DNA of 63,744 nt, filler included, from Octopus bimaculoides (taxonomy: Eukaryota): the NCBI RefSeq assembly GCF_001194135.2. It is 8 parts of 7 records of this genome, joined end to end, with 100 filler letters (N's around TTAATTAATTAA, not from the genome) between each part and the next. Parts side by side here need not be neighbours in the genome. Positions count along the whole stretch, not along the records: positions 34,126 to 36,681 come from NC_069005.1; positions 36,782 to 60,175 come from NC_068982.1; 6 more parts are not named here. One strand, written 5' to 3'. The position numbers were made by a program, and so were the translations under genes. The first letter of the stretch is position 1; the number at the start of each line of letters is the position of its first letter. The notes under the pieces are model-generated. The model saw only the letters and a program-made list of their open reading frames with translations, had not been told where the DNA came from and ran no database searches. Below are positions 34,521 through 48,708 of this stretch, piece by piece.

Positions 34521-35793
34521 CAAGCAGCACCATTTTTGCTTGGCCCCTGAAAATATGCAATGTTATAGAAGAATTGTCCTAGGACAAATAAAGCCGGATC
34601 ACACAAACACACAAATACATATATACACATGCATATATATACACATGCATATATACACATACACATGAATTAAAAAGTTTTGGAGAGAGTACTGAAAATA
34701 CAAAGCATGTTTTATTAAAAAGTTTATTAAAACTTTTTAATTATTTATATCAGAATTAGTTTAAATAGGAAAAAAAAAAGTGTGAATGTTGGGGAAATTT
34801 GATGTTTCTCATCAAGATATTTTAGAATCAATAAAAACCGATGCAAAAAGGAAAAAAAAAATGTGTTTTTGAAGGTAGTCCATTTCCGGCCAGATCAGAT
34901 ACGCACGCGAAACCAATTTTATCATGTTTTCGTCGAGTTGCTAAGCAACAAAGAAACAGAAATGAAAGCAAATGATTAGTAATGCATCAAACAGCATGTG
35001 ATTTGTATGGAAGAGAAGTAACAATGATCAATATAATTATATAGAGGGAAATAGGGAGAGACAAGGAATGGGTAAGAAAAGAGAATCGACGTGTTATATA
35101 ACTGCTAATAGCATGCAATATATATATATATATATATATANNNNNNNNNNNNNNNNNNNNNNNNNNNNNNNNNNNNNNNNNNNNNNNNNNNNNNNNNNNN
35201 NNNNNNNNNNNNNNNNNNNNNNNNNNNNNNNNNNNNNNNNNNNNNNNNNNNNNNNNNNNNNNNNNNNNNNNNNNNNNNNNNNNNNNNNNNNNNNNNNNNN
35301 NNNNNNNNNNNNNNNNNNNNNNNNNNNNNNNNNNNNNNNNNNNNNNNNNNNNNNNNNNNNNNNNNNNNNNNNNNNNNNNNNNNNNNNNNNNNNNNNNNNN
35401 NNNNNNNNNNNNNNNNNNNNNNNNNNNNNNNNNNNNNNNNNNNNNNNNNNNNNNNNNNNNNNNNNNNNNNNNNNNNNNNNNNNNNNNNNNNNNNNNNNNN
35501 NNNNNNNNNNNNNNNNNNNNNNNNNNNNNNNNNNNNNNNNNNNNNNNNNNNNNNNNNNNNNNNNNNNNNNNNNNNNNNNNNNNNNNNNNNNNNNNNNNNN
35601 NNNNNNNNNNNNNNNNNNNNNNNNNNNNNNNNNNNNNNNNNNNNNNNNNNNNNNNNNNNNNNNNNNNNNNNNNNNNNNNNNNNNNNNNNNNNNNNNNNNN
35701 NNNNNNNNNNNNNNNNNNNNNNNNNNNNNNNNNNNNNNNNNNNNNNNNNNNNNNNNNNNNNNNNNNNNNNNNNNNNNNNNNNNNNNNNNNNNT

Positions 35794-35883
35794 GCATAAC
35801 TGGTATTTATTTATTTAATCGACCCCGAAAGGATGAAAGGCAAAGTCGACCTCGGCGGAATTTGAACTCAGAACGTAAGGACG

Positions 35884-35885
<2 letters not shown>
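35794..35885 (-). mobile_element. Young SINE family B fragment followed by (AAT)n
   Basis: CGACCCCGAAAGGATGAAAGGCAAAGTCGACCTCGGCGGAATTTGAACTCAG with CpGs intact. Confidence 0.85.
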
Positions 35886-35962
<77 letters not shown>

Positions 35963-36316
35963 TGGTAGTGATAATGATAATAATAATTCAATCATAGTGT
36001 TAATAATCATTATTTGCTTGTTGTTTTTTTCCGTGTCTCAATGACGAATAATGAAACGTCTGGTTCTGTTGCGTGTTGGTATTTTCATTAAGATGACTCC
36101 AAGACGGAACTTAAAGAATTTGGTAACTGACTTATCATGATAGCATTGAAGAAGTTGTACACCCGCTCGAACATTGGCATATATACATACACATGGGCAT
36201 ACTCACGTAGACACATACACAAATATACATACATGCACACACGCATATATAGATAAAGGCATCAATACATATATACATACACAATAGCATATTGACATGT
36301 GTTCTTGTGTATGCAT

Positions 36317-36357
<41 letters not shown>

Positions 36358-36781
36358 GCATATATATACATATATACACACATATACATACATATATATA
36401 TATATTCATGTGTTTGTGGGTGTGTGTGTGTGTGTGTGTGTATTTATATATAGGTTTGTATCTCTGTGTACACGCACACATACACCCATACACACATAGA
36501 TATCACATACGTACGCACAAGTTTAATAACCTCACCGCCATCACCATCTCCACCACCACCACCACCACCACCACCACCACCATCATCATCATCATCGTCG
36601 TCGTCGTCGTCGTCGTCTTCATTGTCGTTTTGATGTTTTGAATATAAAGTTCCACACATAAATAACGTCAACAACAACAACNNNNNNNNNNNNNNNNNNN
36701 NNNNNNNNNNNNNNNNNNNNNNNNNTTAATTAATTAANNNNNNNNNNNNNNNNNNNNNNNNNNNNNNNNNNNNNNNNNNNN

Positions 36782-36816
<35 letters not shown>

Positions 36817-36821
36817 TATAC

Positions 36822-36985
36822 ATATATACGAGGTGCCCCTACAGTGTTTCCGTCTACGAGATCCTCTCACAACGCCTTGTCCCCCTAGGATTATAGTAGA
36901 ACACTCTTGCACAAGATGCCATGCTGTGGGATTTGAGCAGGAACCATGTGAATGTAGTGCAATCTTCTTAACCGCACATATTTCT
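36822..36985 (-). mobile_element. Old SINE family A head
   Basis: Reverse complement TGTGCGGTTAAGAAG..CACATGGTTCC..TTCTACTATA..GTAGACGGAAAC. Confidence 0.75.
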
Positions 36986-39900
36986 CTGCGTTTATGTCTT
37001 ACTATAAAATATATAACCAATTTTCCCACCAACTTTAAGTATAAGAGGTTATAAGTACTATGAGAGAGAATACACAGTAGAAGAGAATCATAAATAATCA
37101 CGTCATGCAATATATTGTTCTCCGCAATTCTAATAAATAATATAACATTAACTTCTTTCAAGTTAAGCATTAGTGAATGGCTTAAGTTGGCAAAATTTGT
37201 CATTTTATCAATCCAGACTGTGTTTGCTATGCAATATTCTTGTATCCATGGATCAACAATCGAGAAATACTGGGAAGCCTGAAAGGTAGCAAAGCGACAA
37301 CGGTTCATGATGCCTCAGGACTCTGAGCATTGTAGAAATACAGAGATATAAAGGGTGTTTAAACTTGTAAATTAAAACACCTCTTAATCGATTATTAAAC
37401 ACACCTTACTTTATTTTTCTCCTGTGAATTGTTGAAACGATTAGGCAAATGGTTTGTAATATGCCCCTCGCAAATCGTCTTTCCAGGCACAATTAAATGG
37501 TGTTAGATGATAACATTATCCTCATAACTATTTGTCCAGGTACACGTAAGTACACACATATAAGTATGTATCCATTATATACGTGTGTATTTATGCGTGT
37601 GTGCGGGTATCCGTGTCTGTGTATCTAGATACGCTTTTATATATTTCGAACGGAAACATATAGGGCTGAAATAAGAAAGAGAAGTCGTTTTTGTTTCCGA
37701 ACGTAATCATTATATCTTATACTTTCAGTTACGGTCAAATACTGGCATACAGGTTTAATTCCAGTTATTGTATCTTCTTTTGAAATTTACTAAAGCAAAG
37801 GATAGTGACACTGTTCTGACTATTCCATTATGGATTGCGTGTCTCTTGTCCAAATGCAGCGCTTCTCAAATTACAACTACTTAGCACTTTTGTATTAATT
37901 AATTCTACTGAAATAAACCAATCGAAATAATCTTCAACTAGCTGCAGGTGCAAATTCAGTTATTTTCTCCATCTTTTTTTTTTTTTTCGTTATTTCTGGC
38001 AGCTATGATTTGCGAAGTAAGGAAAAATAATTTCTGCTCACGGAGCTATGATATCGTTTCTATGGAGACATTTCAGCTGCCCAGTCACAATTTATTGAGA
38101 ATAACAAATGTTACGTCCGCATACCGACGATGCAATCTCTTCAAGACATGTATATTAGGAGAAATGATATGCACCTAACATTCTCTACAAAATCATTATA
38201 GTTTTTTTTCAACATCGCTATCGGCATCTCAAATTTAGTGCAAGGAGTTCTCAGCTATGTCTGAGACATCACCTTAAGGCAACTCAGTGAGTAACGAGGT
38301 TATAGGGATTAATACCTGTCTTAATTTTTCATTTTGGAAAGAGTTTCTGACTCAGGTTCTGACACTAAAGCTAAAAACAGCACAGAATCATGTTGCCATT
38401 GTTGCGGTCTTATTCAAGAGAGTTATTATTGACTTTCTAATCAGAAGAGCAACAGATTTGCATATTTTTGATTGTACAAACCAACATCATTACGCATAGG
38501 ATCAACAGCTCTTGTTGTATACAGTGTATAAGTTACATTTATATTTCTGGTCATATCATTCACGGCGGCGTTTGCGAAGAACATTCTGTTAATCGCAATC
38601 AGTGGCTTAAAATTCATTTGACCTCAGCAGATGTTTTCTGGAAGGAACACTATTACATCTCGTCAGTATTGTGAAACTGACCTTTCCACATGATGGAGAC
38701 TAGTATGGCTACTACAGCAGCCATTACTTCCCACTTCGCATAATTTATAGAATTGTCGTTATGTGATTCTTTCCATGTACCTCATTTAATTTCCTCCATT
38801 AAATTTTAATTTTAGTTGACTTCTTTCTGAAAGTTTTTAATTTAAATCTTTTTTCATCAACTGTCCTTCGATTTCTATACTGTATTGAGGCATACTGTGT
38901 TGTGTATAGGTCTGTCCATCAATGTTTCCTATTTGCAAAATATTAATATGTCTATGGTTAGATTTTACTGTACTCTCTCATAAGCCATCAATACCCTTGG
39001 AGAAAATTAAACAACAAATGATACTCGTGCTCTTTCACAAATAGGAACTTAAATTATTTTTGAACCTAGAGATATGAAAACAGGAATAAGTAGACCAGGA
39101 TGAAGTCATAATACCGACCTAGTCTTTTTTGTATATATTAATTATATACTTATTATAATGACATTGAATGAATAGACGATAAAACTCACTTCGGTGGAAC
39201 GTGTCAGAGAAGAGACATACTTAATATATGATGTGAAAAATTGTATTTGGCGACCCTAATAACTAAGTCAATACACAGACAGAAACGTAACATAATTTAA
39301 TTCAAACATCGAAGTGAAATACGTTTTTCTCGAGAAACATTTCGAATATTCGGTAATTTAGGAGATAATGTTAAGTAGAAAGAAAGCCATCAAGTATTTT
39401 AGTAAGCTGTATGATACTTCTTGATTACTGTTAGAAGGAAATATAAATGTACATGAAAATATTATTCTTATTTGGAACGGTATCTAAATATAACTTGGGA
39501 TTTCAGAAATATGCGATGTGACGTCAGCACGAATATATGTATTTGTATATGTATGGTATGTGTGTACGCGTGTATGCGCATGTGAATCTTTATATATANN
39601 NNNNNNNNNNNNNNNNNNNNNNNNNNNNNNNNNNNNNNNNNNNNNNNNNNNNNNNNNNNNNNNNNNNNNNNNNNNNNNNNNNNNNNNNNNNNNNNNNNNN
39701 NNNNNNNNNNNNNNNNNNNNNNNNNNNNNNNNNNNNNNNNNNNNNNNNNNNNNNNNNNNNNNNNNNNNNNNNNNNNNNNNNNNNNNNNNNNNNNNNNNNN
39801 NNNNNNNNNNNNNNNNNNNNNNNNNNNNNNNNNNNNNNNNNNNNNNNNNNNNNNNNNNNNNNNNNNNNNNNNNNNNNNNNNNNNNNNNNNNNNNNNNNNN

Positions 39901-41140
39901 NNNNNNNNNNNNNNNNNNNNNNNNNNNNNNNNNNNNNNNNNNNNNNNNNNNNNNNNNNNNNNNNNNNNNNNNNATGTATATATATAATTTTTTTTTCAGA
40001 ATGCAACAGAAAACCAAGGCTGTGAAGATTTTAGAACATTTATATATAGAAGGTCTTACAGCTGTTTCCAGGATATTTATTATATCCCTGCATCGGAGAC
40101 GCTGTGAGAAAATGGTTAAGCAATAGTTAATTTAGATAAGATACGAAATACAGAATGAAGTGGAGGAATGAAAATAGATGTGAGATATGCAGGGATATTG
40201 CATTTGTAGATCCATTATTTAGGCAGAATGGTATACATATAACATTCCAATACCTTGTGAGTAAAATCCAATATTATCTAAAATTGGTCATTCCAAGTAT
40301 AGAGTTTGTACACAATGCTATTGAATGAAAGGTTTTATTTAAAGTGACCTAAAAGTAGGGAAAGTATTTGTAATGTCAAATCGAAAACGGGAAGAGAGTA
40401 ATAAAAAAGATAGAAAGATTGAGGGTGATAGAGAGAGAGGTATAAAAAGTAAAGGAGTGTCAATTGTGTAGTGATTGAGTCTAACGGATGGGCAGAGAGA
40501 GGTGTAGTAGTATGGAATGAAGAATTTAGGAATAAAGATTAGGTGGTTGGACAGGTCAGTGCTTAGTAGTAGAAGATAATATATGTGAAGATGTATACAT
40601 ATGTATATATTAGGCATGTATATATATATATATATATNNNNNNNNNNNNNNNNNNNNNNNNNNNNNNNNNNNNNNNNNNNNNNNNNNNNNNNNNNNNNNN
40701 NNNNNNNNNNNNNNNNNNNNNNNNNNNNNNNNNNNNNNNNNNNNNNNNNNNNNNNNNNNNNNNNNNNNNNNNNNNNNNNNNNNNNNNNNNNNNNNNNNNN
40801 NNNNNNNNNNNNNNNNNNNNNNNNNNNNNNNNNNNNNNNNNNNNNNNNNNNNNNNNNNNNNNNNNNNNNNNNNNNNNNNNNNNNNNNNNNNNNNNNNNNN
40901 NNNNNNNNNNNNNNNNNNNNNNNNNNNNNNNNNNNNNNNNNNNNNNNNNNNNNNNNNNNNNNNNNNNNNNNNNNNNNNNNNNNNNNNNNNNNNNNNNNNN
41001 NNNNNNNNNNNNNNNNNNNNNNNNNNNNNNNNNNNNNNNNNNNNNNNNNNNNNNNNNNNNNNNNNNNNNNNNNNNNNNNNNNNNNNNNNNNNNNNNNNNN
41101 NNNNNNNNNNNNNNNNNNNNNNNNNNNNNNNNNNNNNNNN

Positions 41141-41415
41141 NAAAGCCCCATGGGGCGCCGGCAGGGGATTGTGGCGAACCCTGCTGTACTCTTCCACCAC
41201 AACTTTCTCTCACTTTTTCTTCCTGTTTGTTGTGCCTGTATTTCAAAGGATCAGCCTTTTCACACTGTGTCACGCTGAATATCACCGAGAACTACGTTAA
41301 GGGTACACGTGTCTGTGGAATACTCAGCCACTTGCACGTTAATTTCACGAGCAGGTTGTTCCGTTGATCGGATCAAGTGGAACTTTCGACGTCGCAAGAG
41401 ACGGAGTGCCAACAA
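41141..41415 (+). mobile_element. SINE (CORE-like family) 3' part
   Basis: TGTCACGCTGAAT..GAGAACTACGTTAAGGGTACACGTGTCTGTGGA..GTTCCGTTGATCGGATCAA. Confidence 0.85.
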
Positions 41416-41869
41416 CTCAGGTATACATACCTTGCATACATACATACATTCACACATACACACATACGTACATACATAGATGCATACACACACATACATA
41501 TACACGCACAAATGCATGCACGCGTATACAAGCGAATATAATTAGGTGATTGTGATATTCGACTATGAGTGAGGAATTAGGTAGGGATTAAGAGTCAAAA
41601 CGTAGATTTATAAGGTCATTGGGCTAAGCGGTATTGTGGAAATATACTGTATGGTATTTAAGCATTTGGATTTGTGGTAGAATTTGAAGGTGTGCAAAAA
41701 GCGGTAGTTGCATGTGCTTAGTGCCTCATTATGTTTATTTAGCAGTGCTAGAGAGTTGTGTTTTAATGTGTGAAGTGCCTCCTCCAGGCAAGGTTTGCAG
41801 GTTGAGCGTTGACTTTGGTAGCGAAACCCCGAGTCAAGTATGGACTAATAATATAGAATCTTCTACCCG

Positions 41870-42143
41870 CTATTCCTGAACACATTCCCCAAAATGCACC
41901 TAATTGTAATCGCCGATCTGGAACAATCAGCCCGTTACAAACCCATTGCAGGAGATATAATGAAATTTACAAATGCACTGTCCTTAATCTATTATACAGC
42001 CATACACATAGAATAAACCAGCAATTTTAAGCAACGATATGCTGCTCAAATACATTCATTTAGATACGATAAACGTAGTAAATCTACAACACTCGCCAAC
42101 CACATACATCATCTCAAAAATACAAATATACCCTATACTCAAT
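41870..42143 (+). mobile_element. Penelope-like GIY-YIG fragment cut off by an RTE insertion
   Basis: CNRRSG..EIYKCTV..NFKQRYAAQIHSFRYDKRSKSTTLANHIHHLK. Confidence 0.75.
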
Positions 42144-45029
42144 CATGGCTCATACAGGTATCTCTGATTGCAGCATGGCACTAACGCTGGAACTTGATCA
42201 CAACACTTGTGCTACGCATGTCAGTTGCTATGCCCCAACCATGACCAGCACTGAGCAAGAAAAGGATGAATTTTACAACCAACTCCGTGATGTCATCTCC
42301 AGTTGTCACTATAGGAGTAAACTCATTTTTACGAGTGACTTTAACACTCATGTTGGTACTGACTATTAGGCATGGGAGGACTTCGTCGCCATAGTGTAGG
42401 TCGAATGAACCGCAGCGGTCTTCGTGCGCTCTCTATCTGCATGGAATTCAGTCTAAGCATCACAAACACGTTTTCTTCAACAGCGAAATTGTTGCATGAC
42501 CGCTTGAGTGCATCCTAGATCTAAGAATCTGCATCTCATACGCTATGTTATTGCTAAAACTCGAGATATTAGGGACTTTAATATGACACGTTCCTTTCAA
42601 AACATCTTCAATCTCTCTGATCATTCTCTTCTCCGCAGCAAGGCTACGTTCCATCTGAAACACAGAAAATTACAAAATTTGTCAGTGTCTAAGGTTCTGT
42701 CTTTGAAAACTACTGAAAAGCAGGCTGAGTTTTCTATCAAGGTGGCCACAGCACTCGACACTGTTGGTATCAATGATAGCATAGAATGATTTAGGAAGGC
42801 TCTGAATGATGCAACACACTCTGCATCTGTTGAGGTTCTTGGACTTCATGCTTGTAAACATCCAGATTGGTTCAACAATAACAACGCAAATGCCTAACAG
42901 TTCATAGATAAAATGCGCAGCTCGTAAAAAAAGATGGATAAATGATAAGAGCTCATCCTGGATAGAGAATGCCTACAAGAAATGCAGAGGTCAAGTACAA
43001 CATGCTCTGAGACAGACCATGCAGGCTTCGTGGTCTTTCAGGGCTACTAATCTCCAAGCACCTGCAAACAGAAAGGATTTTAAAGCCTTTAATGATGGCC
43101 TGAAGAAAGTGTATGCTCCTCAAGATCACGGTGTTACTGCTATTTTTCATCGAATAGAACGACACTGCTGACTGACAAATCTGACATCCTGAAACGGTGG
43201 AAAGATTAATTTGAAGCCGCGTTGAACTTCCCTTCACTCACTAATGATGGCGTCATGATGTCCGTTCCACAGCATACTGAAATACCGGAACTGTCCCTGG
43301 AGCCGACCTTCCTGGAAGTGGTAAACTTTATTAAACAGATCTCTTCTGGTAAAGTACCTGGCAGGGATTCTATCCCTTTTAAAATCTACAGATATTGTGG
43401 ATAAAAAGCTTTCTAAGAAAGTGCATGATCTCTTCATAAACATTTGGAAGGTAGGCTGTGTACCACAAAACTTCAAAAATGCCTCAATTCAACATCTGTA
43501 TAAGAACAAATGCAACAGAAGTGAAGTGTCTGTAATAATCGTCGTGGAATATCGCTTCTGTCTATTGCTGGTGAGATTCTTGCTCGACTCATTCTTGACA
43601 AAATCATGAAACACATTGTAAATGATATCTATCCTGAATCACAATGCGGATTTTGCTCTGGTTGTGGCACTATCCACATGATCTTTTCCCTCCGACTGAT
43701 CATGGAGAAGATACGTGTGAAAAATCAAGAGTTGTTCTTCATATTCGTTGACCTTTCTAAGGACTTAGACACTGTTAACCGGCAAGCAATATGGAAAGTT
43801 CTGAACAACCTTCGTACACCGGACAATATGTTGAGTGTTATCATCTCTTTTCATGAGGGAGTGAAGGCTGCTGTCATGCCCGGTGGGAATCTGCGGTTTC
43901 CTTCGACGTTACAAGCGACACAAAGCAAAGTTGTTTTATGGCCCCTATTTTGCTTGCACTCTTCTTTTCAGTGATGCAGTGGTATGCTTTTGGTGACATA
44001 CAAAGACCAGTATCATTCCCGATCTACTTTTTTCAGATACTGCTGCATTAGCAGTGACCTCCGTAGAGGAAGCACAGGAACTTCTAGACCGGTTTTTCTG
44101 CTGCATGTAAAGTCTTTGGTTTGACCATCAGCTTAAACGAGACGGAAGTAATCAACCAACTTTTCCCAACTCCTAGATAACTTCGAGGCGGCAAGCACAG
44201 GCCACCGATTCACAATTTACCTGACGCTCCTATACAGGTTTATGTTAAAATCCTAAATTATGTGAAGTCATTTACATATCTTGCTAGTAAAGTGAATTTA
44301 AGTGCTTCCCTTGATGATGAAATCGTCAACCGTCTTGCAAACCAATGCATTTGGCAAACTCCGCCATCGCCTTTAAAATGAAAGCGGTCTATAAAGCAGC
44401 CATTGTTATTCCTATCATGTATGGCTCAGAACTGTGGATACCCTAGAGTCGACATGTTAACCAACTAGACATTTTCCACAAAGACTGTCTGAAGATAATC
44501 TACGATTATTCACTAAAATACAAAGTCTCTCAAAGCCGACTTGTTTAGCAAGTGTAACATTGGTGTGTTTGAGAGTTTCCTGATATAATCACAATTGTGT
44601 TGGGTTGGCCATGTCGTCAAAATATATGGCGAAAGAATACCCAAATACCTAGCTTGAGAGTGAGCAGAGGAATGTTGGTCGACCATAGTTCTGTAGTAAG
44701 GAGAAGCTGAAGAGTAATCTCTTAGAGATGAAGATAGGTCAGAACATCTTTGAGTGAGCAGCAGTGGTACGAACAAAGTGGAGATTGTTGTCTCAAAATG
44801 GTATTAAAAAACTTTGTTGCAACTAGCATTAGCTGGCTTCGAGGTGTAAAGCAAAATATAACAGGGGCTGCAAATATACCACTTGCACTGACCTGTACTG
44901 TTCATACCTGCAATTTTGGTGGCCTTACTTGCATCTCGTTTGCCCGGACTTACATTTCACATTCGACTTAAGCATTATGGTTGACAATGAGAGTACGTTG
45001 TCGAAAACGACGGCAGAGTCCATCAAATA

Positions 45030-45030
<1 letters not shown>
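42144..45030 (+). mobile_element. Near-complete decayed RTE (BovB-like) LINE: APE, RT and C-terminal zinc finger
   Basis: VSCYAPT..SDFNTHVG, HLIRYVI, SSGKVPGRDSIP, PESQCGF, FIFVDLSK.LDTVNR, GVFESF..LCWVGHV, CTVHTC..ISFAGLTFHIRLKH (frameshifted); ends before TA repeat. Confidence 0.93.
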
Positions 45031-45075
<45 letters not shown>

Positions 45076-45867
45076 NNNNNNNNNNNNNNNNNNNNNNNNN
45101 NNNNNNNNNNNNNNNNNNNNNNNNNNNNNNNNNNNNNNNNNNNNNNNNNNNNNNNNNNNNNNNNNNNNNNNNNNNNNNNNNNNNNNNNNNNNNNNNNNNN
45201 NNNNNNNNNNNNNNNNNNNNNNNNNNNNNNNNNNNNNNNNNNNNNNNNNNNNNNNNNNNNNNNNNNNNNNNNNNNNNNNNNNNNNNNNNNNNNNNNNNNN
45301 NNNNNNNNNNNNNNNNNNNNNNNNNNNNNNNNNNNNNNNNNNNNNNNNNNNNNNNNNNNNNNNNNNNNNNNNNNNNNNNNNNNNNNNNNNNNNNNNNNNN
45401 NNNNNNNNNNNNNNNNNNNNNNNNNNNNNNNNNNNNNNNNNNNNNNNNNNNNNNNNNNNNNNNNNNNNNNNNNNNNNNNNNNNNNNNNNNNNNNNNNNNN
45501 NNNNNNNNNNNNNNNNNNNNNNNNNNNNNNNNNNNNNNNNNNNNNNNNNNNNNNNNNNNNNNNNNNNNNNNNNNNNNNNNNNNNNNNNNNNNNNNNNNNN
45601 NNNNNNNNNNNNNNNNNNNNNNNNNNNNNNNNNNNNNNNNNNNNNNNNNNNNNNNNNNNNNNNNNNNNNNNNNNNNNNNNNNNNNNNNNNNNNNNNNNNN
45701 NNNNNNNNNNNNNNNNNNNNNNNNNNNNNNNNNNNNNNNNNNNNNNNNNNNNNNNNNNNNNNNNNNNNNNNNNNNNNNNNNNNNNNNNNNNNNNNNNNNN
45801 NNNNNNNNNNNNNNNNNNNNNNNNNNNNNNNNNNNNNNNNNNNNNNNNNNNNNNNNNNNNNNNNNNN

Positions 45868-45927
<60 letters not shown>

Positions 45928-46850
45928 AACCATACTGATTTGTGTAATATGTGATTGCATACATCCAAAAGGAAAATTAACGAGTTGTAATACCATTGAC
46001 AAGAAATTTTCAGCTTAAATTTGTTCGCCCCTACCTGTCGTAGAATTACGACAATATCGGAAAATTATGCAACACGTCATAGGGCTCCAGAATCAATTCC
46101 TTGTAGAAATAAACCTAGTAACATTGATTAACAAATATTACTCTTATACCAGAACATCCAATTGTATCTTTACCAACGCAATGTATAAGGAAATGCCAGT
46201 GACACCCCAACTAAGTTAGTATTATGAAGACTGACAAGAGAAAATTATTGCCGAGGAATGAAAATGATAAAATAGAAACCTTACTTTTCATTGACGAATT
46301 ATGGGTCCCTATCCTGTGAAAGGAATATACTTTGAGGAATTTATTATCTGTCGCACTGACAGAAGACATTTTGCATGCCATATAAACCATGAAGAATATT
46401 CATTAAATAACCTCCAAGCCAACATAATATCAACTTGTTTCACTTAGACATAAAGAACAAACGAAAATACTTGCCATTTATTTGCAAGATGAGCGTTAAT
46501 ATTAACTGTGAGAACATTGAATTTACTCTGCTGAAGAAACCAGTAACCCATAGAAAGCAATCTATATTTTCTGTTGTTTTTTACATTGTGGCGTGTGATT
46601 CATTGTTGTATATATTTAATTATGTGACACAAGTATGCATACATTTCTGTCGATGAGACTGGAATTTTGCAAAATGAAAAAGAATTTTGTGGAGGATCAA
46701 TGGCTTAATAAACATTTATTTTTGCTACTTCGACTTTTTTAAATTTGCCCTTGAAATTTCAGTCAAGGCAGAAACATGGATTATCATTTCAAAATTGGAA
46801 ATAATACATTTCTAAAAATCTCAGCGACATTTATGCAGTAACGATACGTC

Positions 46851-47090
46851 GAAGTATTTGTATGTTGTCAACATAACGTGATAGTCCCATGAAGGGAATA
46901 ATACTACGATTGTTTAGACCTAGGTAGCTGCACCACTTCCTGTCGACCTTGACACATTTCCTGTATCCTTGTGTGTGAAGTAAATCTGTGAAGGCCGACA
47001 GGAAGCGGTGCAGCTTCCTAGGTCTAAAGAACAGTAGTATTATTCCCTTCATGAGACTGTCACATTAAGTTGACAGCACACAACTACTTC
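46851..47090. repeat. Fold-back element with ~100-bp inverted arms
   Basis: 46851-46950 matches the reverse complement of 46991-47090 with scattered, mostly transition, mismatches; 40-nt spacer. Confidence 0.92.
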
Positions 47091-48662
47091 ATGGTTTATC
47101 ATATTTCTCTATGTCTACTGCGATCAAACGTATAATATTGTATGACATAATATAAATTCGTTGTAAATTTGTCTCTACAAATTTTCTATAGAAATTGGAG
47201 CCAGGATTGAGATATCAATTTTTCATAGCAAACAATATTGCCTTATAAGCCTTTAATATACTTGGTAGTATATCATAGTTGCATAACGAAATAATGTGCC
47301 CTTACTAGAAATAAATACTATGAATAGTACTAAATGTTGAGGGAGCATGTAATCCTCTTAATATGAAGAGCTACTCAGACCAGTTTAACCAATCCACATC
47401 TTTATTCATAGGTTGCATTCCATCTGAGACTAAAAATTACTTGAGCAGGAGTATTGCTAATTCTCGTTTTATTCGTAATCTAGAATCTAATATTCCAACC
47501 CATTCTTTTCATCTGATCATGTGAAAAGGGCACACATTAATTTTATCAGTTGAGTTTCAGAATGATAAAATGTAATGTTGTCTAATTATTTATAATTAAA
47601 AAACGCTATTCTTTACAACTACAACATTACAAGAAAAAAATGTTCAACTATCAGATTATATGTGATTTATTTAAGCATAAGCAAGAATATATTTACAAAC
47701 GTACAAACGCACATACACAGGTGCACTCTCAACCAAACTTGAATACGCATATAACTGTGTGGGTGTGTATGATTATTTTGTGATTGAGAGCCTGGGTGTA
47801 TATGTGTTTATGTCAATAATTGTGAAATGGAATGACTACACCAATCTCAAATACATTTCATTGAAACGTAATATCCAGTATATTATTTCCTTCACCAAAC
47901 TTTCATTTTGCTAAACATATTACACAAAGTGGAAGCTAAAAATCCTATTAACAGAAATAGTCCGTCTTATATATATTTATTGAAATACTGTACTTGTTCT
48001 TTTGTGTGTTCCTTTCTTTTTTGTTTGTTTGTTTTTTTTATATACATAGTCAATATTATTAGTGAAGTAACATGGAAATCACTTCATCTTCTGAATAACA
48101 GATTTTAGTATGTTAGAAGGTACCTTTACCCATTTATTTAAGCTCTGATAATATATTTCTGTTTTTTTTTTCTTAATTAAAAACGGAACGAAACTTATTG
48201 TGACTATTCTCGAGAATTTTCGATTTTTCTGAAGTTTTCTGTTAGTAGTCGTAATATGTTTTCGAATATGTTCGACAGCTTTACTTAAATGTGAAATGTT
48301 CTTTTGATACCCATATGAAATTTACATAGATCGATCGATCGATAGATATATATAAATATACACATATACAGATATATATGCTGGTGAGTGTGTGTGTGTG
48401 TGTGTGTGTGCGAGTATGTGTNNNNNNNNNNATACAGATATATATGCTGGTGAGTGTTTGTGTGTGTGTGTGTGTGCGAGTATGTGTATATATGTTCGCG
48501 CGTATATGTGTGTGCGCGCGCGCATGTTTGTGTGCTTGTGCAACTTTGATAAATACATGCAGTATACCAAAGTATGAATTGGACCTCTGATTATCGATCT
48601 ACATCAATCTATCTATCTATCTATCTCTCTATCCCCTTTATCCTCTTTCTTTCTCTCTGATC

Positions 48663-48708
<46 letters not shown>

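Noticed and set aside
36985-37308. ~108-codon hydrophobic minus-strand ORF containing SIVDPWI
   Set aside because: Single GPCR-like word only, no splice support or recognisable family; the ORF continues into a SINE.
38000-38750. Possible decayed hAT-type transposase on the minus strand
   Set aside because: Only vague motif echoes across many stops and frameshifts; no TIR or TSD found.
48362-48490. Tandem duplication either side of a 9-N gap
   Set aside because: Near-identical contig ends differing in TG repeat; typical unmerged overlap or allelic artifact.
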